DNA of 64,000 nt from a virus. Below the pieces are notes generated by a model. It was given only the letters and a program-made list of their open reading frames with translations, searched no databases and had not been told where the DNA came from. A program made the translations under genes and the position numbers. Below, in pieces: positions 56,714-64,000 of the stretch; the first letter of the stretch is position 1; every line of letters begins with the position of its first letter. Where the stretch lies: the IMG/VR virus record IMGVR_UViG_3300035666_000005, positions 32,001 through 96,000 of that record; one strand, written 5' to 3'.

Positions 56714-59700
56714 TTAACCTACAATTACATAAAAAGTTGCGGAATCTTTTGGTGAAAGCGCGTTGTATTCGGCCTGTGTTAATTTTATCATTGTAGTTAT
56801 TGTATTATTACTACGGATTGCCTCTCCACTTAGGAGCACTCCCGTATTATTTACTAATAATCGCTCATTTGTTATCCATGTCCCAGATAAAATTCTATTT
56901 CTATAATCTAAAGAAATTAGTGTTGTAGTCCAATATAACTGACCTAAATTAAGATCAATTTTTCTATTTGCTCCGTCATCACCTGATCCACGTATTTCTG
57001 GAGCTATAATTACCTGATTAAAGTTTTTAACACCACTTATCGTTTGATCCCCAGTTGTATAAACAACATTTTCTACAACACCCGCAGCGGCTTCTCCTTG
57101 AAGAAGAACTCCCGTTCCATTTACTGTTGGGCGTGAGACAAAATTTTTTGTTCCGCTTATTGTTTGATTTCCTGTTGTATAAACAATATTTTCAATAGAA
57201 GCGCTAGCACCAGCAGCTTCTCCCTGTAATAATACCCCTAATCCATTGACTGTTGGTCTTTTATTTAAAGATAAATTACCATCAATTTTTACGTTTCCAG
57301 ATATTGATAAAAATTCTAAATTTTGTGGATGCCCAATTTCGAAATTACTTTTATCAGTGGTATAAATAAGCCCACCACCATAACCCACGCCATTAGATTG
57401 TACTTCGAAATTAGAACCTAATAAAAATATATTTCCACTTTTGTTTATCGCAGCAGCGTTTAAAAATCTTCCGTAAAGAGGTGCAACACTAGCCGCTTTG
57501 TAAGCTGCGTCAAAATCACCCAAAAATGTTTTAGATAAATTCCAACCATTTGTAGGGTTTCCAGTATATGCATATGCAATTCCCGCATTTCTTGCCAATT
57601 GGTCATCACTGCCAGCGCCAATTAATAGAATAGAACCATTACTATTCATTTTTAAAGAAGATCCGAACCCCTGTCCAGAATTAAAACCAGTGATTACTTG
57701 TTTTAAATTCCAAATACTTACAGAATTACCAGTAAATATTAAAACTGCGCCGACAGAATTATCAGAAGAAGAAACTAATGGAGAATTATAACTTGGGCCA
57801 CCTAAAGCTATTATAGAAGCATCTTCACTTGCGGCTAAACTACTTCCAAATCTAGGGCCAACTGTAGACCCAAATTGACTTCCAACCGGGCTTGGAATAC
57901 CTAATATTTTTTCTTTAAAAGCCCAACCATTTATTCGATTGCCTGTAAATACTGCAGCTCCTCCGGCATTATTACCACCGTCATCATCATTTCTAGAAGT
58001 TATAATACATATTGTACCATCATAATTTAAATATGTTTGACTACCATATGCATCTCCACCTATTACTGATAATTTTTGTTTAAAATTCCAACCATTTATT
58101 GAATTACCTGTATATAGCCTAATGGATCCGTCAGCAGGATTTGGTAATAAAGAATCGAATGAACTACTAACTCCAATAACAGAGGCGTCTTTTGAAATAC
58201 CTATTGAAGTAATTCCATTATTCAATGATTCATTTAAAATAGAATCTTTTAATTCCCATTTACTATTAGAATTTCCAGTATAAATAGAAACGACTCCAGT
58301 TCTTGAAAAACTATTATTATTAAGCGTCGAACCAATAATTACAGATCCATCACCATTCATGCCGATCCTAAGTCCCAAATTATCGTCTGGAAAATTACCA
58401 GTTATTTTTTGTTTAATTTCCCAACCATTATTTTTATTTTCTGTATAAATTAGAATGGCTCCACGATTATTTGCACCTGCGGATGGTCCACCAAAAGCAA
58501 GTATATCACCATTATCATTAAAAACTGAAAGATTGTAATTAGCAAATTCACCATCTCCAGTAATTTTTTGTAAAAACCTATAATCTTGCTCAAAAACACC
58601 CGAATTTATTTTAAAATTATCTTTTGTTAATGCTTCGCCGCTTAAGAGAATTCCACTATTATTTACTGTTAATCGATTGTTAAAATTTTTAATACCACTA
58701 ATAGTTTGATTACCGATATTATAAACTAAATTTTGTGCGTAAATATTCCCATCTATCATTTCGTCTGCTTTAGATAAATAAATAGGATTATTAAAAGGGC
58801 ATGCTACAATATATTTTGCATCTGAAGAGATAGAAATTCCCTGCCATTGAATAAGAGCTATACTTGATAATGGAGTTTTTTCTACCCAAGTTTGTCCATA
58901 ATTTTGTGAAAAATGAATATTATTATTATTAGAAATAAAAATTTGATACTTTCCACATGAAGACATTCTAATTTTATTAATTACTCTATTACTTGTTAAT
59001 TTCCAAGTATTACCATAATCACTAGAAATATAAATACCATTAAAAGTTCCAGCTGTTTGAAATTGGCCATCGGAAGACATTGCCAAATCTAAATAAGTTG
59101 TTGTTATGTTTTTTTCTGACCAGGTTTGGCCATAGTCTTGTGAAATAAAGATTTTTCCATTACCACCAGCAACAGTAATATATCTTCCATCAGAAGAAAT
59201 AGCTGCACTTACCCATTGAACCGATAAATTTAAATTTCTACTACTCGTGTTTTGTATCCAAGTATTACCATAATCACTAGAAATATAAATAAAATTACCA
59301 TTACCAGCCCCAGCCGCAATTTGATATTGACCATTTGAAGATATGTCTACATAATTCCAAGATGTAGATGGACCCTTACTTATCCATGTATTTCCATAAT
59401 CATTTGAAACATAAATATTTCCATTTTCAACAGAGGTTATTTGGTATTTTCCGTCAGAGGATATTCTAACGGATTTCCAATCCCTAATCTCTTGTCTCTC
59501 CCCCCAAGTTTCTCCATAATTATTAGAAATATAAATTCTACCATTACCAATGACTGCTGTTATATATTGACCATTTGAAGACATAGACACATCTGTCCAT
59601 AAACGAGCGGTCTCAGTAGAAATCCAATTATCGCCAATATTAATAAGTTTTGTATTATTTTGTGTTAATTTAGTCTTTCCTAAAAAATTACCCCCATCAT

Positions 59701-59971
59701 AATAACCAGTACGATTATTGCCTGTAATTTGTCCACTAGGCTGAGAAACAAAAAATAAATTATCTGATAACACAAAAGAATCAAATATTCCAGATACATT
59801 ACCCGTTAATAAAAAATCTATTTCCGTAAAATCTCCGAAAGTAAGCAGTCCAGTATTTAAATATCTAGGACGATCATAAAAATTTTTAACACCAGAAATA
59901 ATTTGATCACCAACCGTATAAACAATATTTGGTGATCCAAGTGGATAATAATCTGATAATCTAAGACTCAT
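56714..59971 (-). CDS. fibre protein with Asp-box propeller, FG-GAP-like propeller and VYTTGNQTISG repeats
   Basis: SxDYGxTW repeats; GAxxIYTG repeats; C-terminal LTQAEYNAL..KD..TFYVI. Confidence 0.75.
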   Translation of the reverse strand: MSLRLSDYYPLGSPNIVYTVGDQIISGVKNFYDRPRYLNTGLLTFGDFTEIDFLLTGNVSGIFDSFVLSDNLFFVSQPSGQITGNNRTGYYDGGNFLGKTKLTQNNTKLINIGDNWISTETARLWTDVSMSSNGQYITAVIGNGRIYISNNYGETWGERQEIRDWKSVRISSDGKYQITSVENGNIYVSNDYGNTWISKGPSTSWNYVDISSNGQYQIAAGAGNGNFIYISSDYGNTWIQNTSSRNLNLSVQWVSAAISSDGRYITVAGGNGKIFISQDYGQTWSEKNITTTYLDLAMSSDGQFQTAGTFNGIYISSDYGNTWKLTSNRVINKIRMSSCGKYQIFISNNNNIHFSQNYGQTWVEKTPLSSIALIQWQGISISSDAKYIVACPFNNPIYLSKADEMIDGNIYAQNLVYNIGNQTISGIKNFNNRLTVNNSGILLSGEALTKDNFKINSGVFEQDYRFLQKITGDGEFANYNLSVFNDNGDILAFGGPSAGANNRGAILIYTENKNNGWEIKQKITGNFPDDNLGLRIGMNGDGSVIIGSTLNNNSFSRTGVVSIYTGNSNSKWELKDSILNESLNNGITSIGISKDASVIGVSSSFDSLLPNPADGSIRLYTGNSINGWNFKQKLSVIGGDAYGSQTYLNYDGTICIITSRNDDDGGNNAGGAAVFTGNRINGWAFKEKILGIPSPVGSQFGSTVGPRFGSSLAASEDASIIALGGPSYNSPLVSSSDNSVGAVLIFTGNSVSIWNLKQVITGFNSGQGFGSSLKMNSNGSILLIGAGSDDQLARNAGIAYAYTGNPTNGWNLSKTFLGDFDAAYKAASVAPLYGRFLNAAAINKSGNIFLLGSNFEVQSNGVGYGGGLIYTTDKSNFEIGHPQNLEFLSISGNVKIDGNLSLNKRPTVNGLGVLLQGEAAGASASIENIVYTTGNQTISGTKNFVSRPTVNGTGVLLQGEAAAGVVENVVYTTGDQTISGVKNFNQVIIAPEIRGSGDDGANRKIDLNLGQLYWTTTLISLDYRNRILSGTWITNERLLVNNTGVLLSGEAIRSNNTITTMIKLTQAEYNALSPKDSATFYVIVG

Positions 59972-59988
59972 TATTATTTAATTTACAC

Positions 59989-60216
59989 TTATATAAAGGT
60001 ATTTGTTTCTGAATTATATGTTTTATACATATAATCTGGATTATAACCAGTAATAACACAAAGCGGTTTTATATACATAATTCCAGTTGTTTGATTATTT
60101 TCATCAATTAAAAAACTTGGTATTGCTGGGATTGGTTCTCCAGACGTATATATTTTATACGTATAACCATCTATACGATTACTTTTTGGATCAATAAAAT
60201 ATGTTACTTTTCTCAT
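59989..60216 (-). CDS. hypothetical protein (possible fibre chaperone)
   Basis: 75-aa ORF tightly packed after the collagen-like fibre gene. Confidence 0.55.
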   Translation of the reverse strand: MRKVTYFIDPKSNRIDGYTYKIYTSGEPIPAIPSFLIDENNQTTGIMYIKPLCVITGYNPDYMYKTYNSETNTFI

Positions 60217-60217
60217 A

Positions 60218-61894
60218 TTAAATTATTTTACTTATAAACATAAATGGAAGATTTCCATAGGGTGGTAAATATACAGGGTATCCCCATGGCTGGTCAGGTT
60301 GACCCTGTACAATTCTTAAAGCCCCAGCATGTAAAAAATCAGCCACTACATATTGAGGAGTTGTTATTTTAAAAGTGGTAAATCCTGCACACATAGCTTC
60401 TCCATTAAAAGTTGTTGCAATTGGGCCCTGCGCAAAAGATGAAAGCACGCGAGGTCTTTGAGGGCTAAAAGGAAGTAATGGTGGAGGATTTCCGGGGCCA
60501 AACCCCACATCTAGAAGAGGATTATTTATGGTTAACCCTCCAGGGATTTCAGTATCCCAAGATCTTAATCTTGCTCTTAAAAAATCACTTGTATCTCTTA
60601 AATTATAAGAACTGTATCTTAAATCTACATTATAAACCCCAGGTTCTCTAAAATAAATATTTTTTGTAGTAGAATTATAAGTTATAAATTTTGTATTATC
60701 TATTGTAGAAGAAATGGCAGTATAATCGGTGTTAAAATATTCAATATTATTCCAAGGTATTTTATAATTGTTAACATCTAAACTATCAAATAGTTCATTA
60801 TTATTATTTTCTTGAATACTCAAATATAATAATGGAATAACATTGTTATTATTTACAAATTGATTATTTGAATAACTATTATCTAAAATACTTATTCTCC
60901 ACCCATAGGGTTGACCCTCCCAAACTAAAATAAAATGCGCGCCTCTTATATCACAAATTAAACCAGGAAGTCCAGAAAAACCTTCTATATTATGAGTGTT
61001 ACTTTGAACAATTAAATTATTTATATGAAAACTTTTATTAATATCGATAATTTCTATAATATCCCCCAACTCTAAGCCAATAACTGGCAAAGATAATGTT
61101 AAACTATTAACAGAAGTATCAACTGCAATTTTTGAATTTCTTTGTATATTTCCGGAAACATTTTGAGAAGTAAATCTTAAAATAACTGGACCAGTTGAAC
61201 CTGTAGCTCCTGTTGACCCTTGTATTCCAGTTGCGCCTGTTAAACCGGTCGCGCCAGTTGCTCCAGTTGAACCTGTAGCGCCTTGTGCCCCTGGAGGGCC
61301 TTCTAAATTAATTTGCCAAGATGTAAATGTTCCAGAACCTACTACACTTGTAATATTAACAGTAAGAGAATTTGAGGTATAGTTTAAAACTATACCTTTC
61401 ATAAAATTAATTACAGAATTAGCTATTATTACAGGTTGTCCTATAGAATACGCTAACCCAGTAGACACGATAAAAGTTTTTGAACCAAGTGTAATTGAAT
61501 GACTTGTATTAGAAGATGTGAAATACTTATCTCCTGATAAACCAGTTGCACCAGTAGAACCGATTCCCGTTGCTCCAGTTGCGCCTGGCGTACCAGTGCT
61601 TCCAGCTGGTCCAGTAGCGCCAGTACCTCCAATAGTACCAGTAGCGCCAGTGGCACCAGTAGCGCCAGTGGCGCCAGTGGCACCAAGTCCACCACTAGCA
61701 GTACTTAATTCTTGCCAAGACGTTCCATCATAATAATAATACTTGTTCTGATTTGTTACATAAACAATAATACCTTGATAAACACGATTTGATGCAACCA
61801 ACGCATTTCTAGCTGCTTCATTGGCAACAACAATTCTATTATCAAGTGGAACTTGAGAATTTAAGTTAAAATTTAATCCTAAGGGTATAGCCAT
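60218..61894 (-). CDS. collagen-like fibre protein
   Basis: (GAT/GST)n triplets; PLDNR...GIIVYV...W N-terminal module; VDTS..SLTLSLP..GD fibre module. Confidence 0.8.
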   Translation of the reverse strand: MAIPLGLNFNLNSQVPLDNRIVVANEAARNALVASNRVYQGIIVYVTNQNKYYYYDGTSWQELSTASGGLGATGATGATGATGATGTIGGTGATGPAGSTGTPGATGATGIGSTGATGLSGDKYFTSSNTSHSITLGSKTFIVSTGLAYSIGQPVIIANSVINFMKGIVLNYTSNSLTVNITSVVGSGTFTSWQINLEGPPGAQGATGSTGATGATGLTGATGIQGSTGATGSTGPVILRFTSQNVSGNIQRNSKIAVDTSVNSLTLSLPVIGLELGDIIEIIDINKSFHINNLIVQSNTHNIEGFSGLPGLICDIRGAHFILVWEGQPYGWRISILDNSYSNNQFVNNNNVIPLLYLSIQENNNNELFDSLDVNNYKIPWNNIEYFNTDYTAISSTIDNTKFITYNSTTKNIYFREPGVYNVDLRYSSYNLRDTSDFLRARLRSWDTEIPGGLTINNPLLDVGFGPGNPPPLLPFSPQRPRVLSSFAQGPIATTFNGEAMCAGFTTFKITTPQYVVADFLHAGALRIVQGQPDQPWGYPVYLPPYGNLPFMFISKII

Positions 61895-61899
61895 AATTT

Positions 61900-63021
61900 T
61901 TAAAAATCAAATGTGTAACCAAATGGGGATGCAAAAGTAACAGAAAGAGTTTTTTCTCTAACTGTATACACATGAGTTGAGCCATTTGCTAATGTAAAAT
62001 TTAAATTAGATCTTGTTATCCAGTCAGAAGTATTATCGAAACCATTCTGGTCTCTAATTTCTGACAAAGACCCCCAAGATTGCGGATAGGCAAAATATAA
62101 TTTTTGATTATTTGCACCAAAAAATAAAGTTTTATCAGATGGTAATTCAACTCTTTTAACAAGTTGTCCAGTAATTTGTGCCGGTGTTAAATTTGCGACA
62201 CCCGATCCAAAATAAAATGGAGCTTCGAAATTTATAGTTCTTACATTACTAGTAATTTGTACAATTTGATTATTTTTATTTCTAGAATTTGCCCTCATGA
62301 ATACATTATTAGAAGTATTTGTTAAATTTACAGTAACGCCAGTCGTAAAATTTACTGTAGGACTTGGTATCACAGGAACTCTTGGAGTATCATTAATAAA
62401 AGATCCTAAATTCGTAATTTGATTTATGTTTACGCTACCAGTTGTTATAGTTCCTACGAAATTAACAGTATTTAATGTTGTTCCTAATTCATATACAATA
62501 TCAAAACTGTTTAAATTAATTTTTGCTTGTACGAAAGGATAAAATAAATTATCTAAAAAAGTAGCAAGGTTATCGCCACCAGGTTCTAAATTTGTGAATC
62601 CAGGAACTTCTAAACTAATTTTTCTATTTCCATCAAAAACAGTGGAAGCTGCTCCAATCTCACCAGTCGTTGCTAACCCAATACCATTTAAAGAAGGACG
62701 GGTGATGAAATTTTTAGTGCCACTAATAGTTTGATTGCCAATTGTATATACAACATTTTCAATAGAACCTCCTCCACCGCCTTCTCCTTGTAGTAAAACT
62801 CCTATACCTCCAACAGTTGGTCTATTAACAAAATTTTTAGTACCACTTATTGTTTGATTGCCAGTTGTATATACAATACCTTGAATAGGTAATCCGGCTT
62901 GTAGATTAATAAGAGATTGAGTTAATTCTATAGGTGTTATAAAAAAATTATCACCATATCCACTAATTAAATCAGCAATATCTGGATGTAATTGATTTTT
63001 TCTAATTAAACTTCTGCTCAT
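61900..63021 (-). CDS. fibre/structural protein with VYTTGNQTISG repeats
   Basis: two repeats shared with the 1085-aa protein; YFAYPQSWG.LS.I.DQNGF module. Confidence 0.65.
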   Translation of the reverse strand: MSRSLIRKNQLHPDIADLISGYGDNFFITPIELTQSLINLQAGLPIQGIVYTTGNQTISGTKNFVNRPTVGGIGVLLQGEGGGGGSIENVVYTIGNQTISGTKNFITRPSLNGIGLATTGEIGAASTVFDGNRKISLEVPGFTNLEPGGDNLATFLDNLFYPFVQAKINLNSFDIVYELGTTLNTVNFVGTITTGSVNINQITNLGSFINDTPRVPVIPSPTVNFTTGVTVNLTNTSNNVFMRANSRNKNNQIVQITSNVRTINFEAPFYFGSGVANLTPAQITGQLVKRVELPSDKTLFFGANNQKLYFAYPQSWGSLSEIRDQNGFDNTSDWITRSNLNFTLANGSTHVYTVREKTLSVTFASPFGYTFDF

Positions 63022-63022
63022 A

Positions 63023-64000
63023 TTAATCTAGTTTACTATGATATAATAAAATGGCTGTTTTATAATCTAAACCATATTCAGCAGCAATTTCATTTATTTT
63101 TTCCATATTTGCATTTAATTGAACTGGTTTATTAATATAGTCATTGATTTTATTCATCCAGTCTTTTGGAGATTCATTTGTTGCAATTGTTTCTGCAATT
63201 GTTTGAATAATTTCTTTTTGTTCTTTTGTTAATCTTTTACGATCATACTTTTCTTTTAAAGTTGTTTCCACGGCTTCAACTAAACTATCAAATTTTACTA
63301 GATTTTTGGCTACAAGATCTGCGTTAATTTTAGGTTTTACTTCCGATGCTTGAACGGTTGGCGCTGTTCTAGGCGCTTTTGTTGTTTGGGGGGTTCCGGT
63401 TCCAGCGGGGCGGCCAGTTTGTTGTTGTTGAGGTTTATTTAAAAGTGGTTGATATAAACCGTCTTCTTGAAGTTTTCGAAATTCTTGTTGAGATTCAACA
63501 CTTTCTTCGGGTAGGGGTAATCTTCCAGTATCTATAGCCGTAATTCCCTCTTCTGGAGTCAGAACACCTAATTCTATAAGCCTTGAATAAACGCGCGTTA
63601 AATTTGCGTCACTCTTAAAGTCAGCGTCTTTAAAACGTGCGACTGGCAAATTTTTAAAACCAAGATTTTTACCAATTTTTTTCATTTCTGGTAAGATGAA
63701 CTCATTCATAAATGTTTCACGCGCATGCTTTAATCTTGATAAGAATACTTCTATTTTAGTATTAGTATTGGCATATTTTTCTTCGCCAAAAAGAACGTTA
63801 TTTAAACCATAACGAATATCACGATCAACAACTTCATATTTTTTAGGATCAAGAATATTACTGATTTCTGGAATAATAAATTTAATATTAGTTGTATAGT
63901 CAGTTACCAGAATACGGCCCACGCTTTCATTTTCGAAAATTTTTCTTAACGTTCCGATTTGTTCTTTAGTTGGCATACCGACTTCATCATTTCCCATTGT
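63023..64000 (-). CDS. portal protein, C-terminal part (runs off window edge)
   Basis: open to the edge; ILDPKKYEVVDRDIRYGL...LIELGVLTPEE...GRP pattern and position at the head of the morphogenesis block. Confidence 0.65.
   Translation of the reverse strand, partial: TMGNDEVGMPTKEQIGTLRKIFENESVGRILVTDYTTNIKFIIPEISNILDPKKYEVVDRDIRYGLNNVLFGEEKYANTNTKIEVFLSRLKHARETFMNEFILPEMKKIGKNLGFKNLPVARFKDADFKSDANLTRVYSRLIELGVLTPEEGITAIDTGRLPLPEESVESQQEFRKLQEDGLYQPLLNKPQQQQTGRPAGTGTPQTTKAPRTAPTVQASEVKPKINADLVAKNLVKFDSLVEAVETTLKEKYDRKRLTKEQKEIIQTIAETIATNESPKDWMNKINDYINKPVQLNANMEKINEIAAEYGLDYKTAILLYHSKLD

Noticed and set aside
1-64000. Stop-codon reassignment, tRNA genes, inteins or introns
   Set aside because: Genes tile densely under the standard code with TAA, TAG and TGA all used as stops; no cloverleaf seen in the short intergenic gaps; nrdJ, gmd and capsid appear uninterrupted.

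Overview
AT-rich, gene-dense 64 kb segment of a large tailed dsDNA phage (Caudoviricetes). It is probably siphovirus-like, since a tail tube and a 3001-aa tape measure are present and no sheath gene is visible. The host is probably a Gram-negative bacterium. Left part (1-12.4 kb): replication, metabolism and transcription genes (partial RecA/UvsX, GDP-mannose 4,6-dehydratase, class II RNR, several glycosyltransferases, a sigma factor, three candidate ssDNA-binding/annealing proteins) driven by sigma70-type promoters. Right part (12.4-64 kb, all minus strand): virion and lysis module (portal fragment, fibre proteins, spanin-like/holin/endolysin genes with an inserted GIY-YIG endonuclease, protease-scaffold, capsid, neck, tail tube, chaperones, tape measure, baseplate/adhesin proteins). 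Most notable: (1) the tape measure is built from cassettes bounded by a recurring G[FY][IV]PNFA motif, and two cassettes look like PD-(D/E)xK nucleases, suggesting an injected polyprotein carrying effector cargo; (2) a conserved GTGTAA element upstream of late genes, often 8-11 nt from the start codon, which also marks nested starts inside the protease gene; (3) a candidate virion-glycosylation system (Gmd, GT4s, a split GT9, DUF4214-like domains shared between a transferase and tail proteins, poly-Ser and [ST]G-rich structural proteins). All calls come from reading motifs by eye; no database searches were run.
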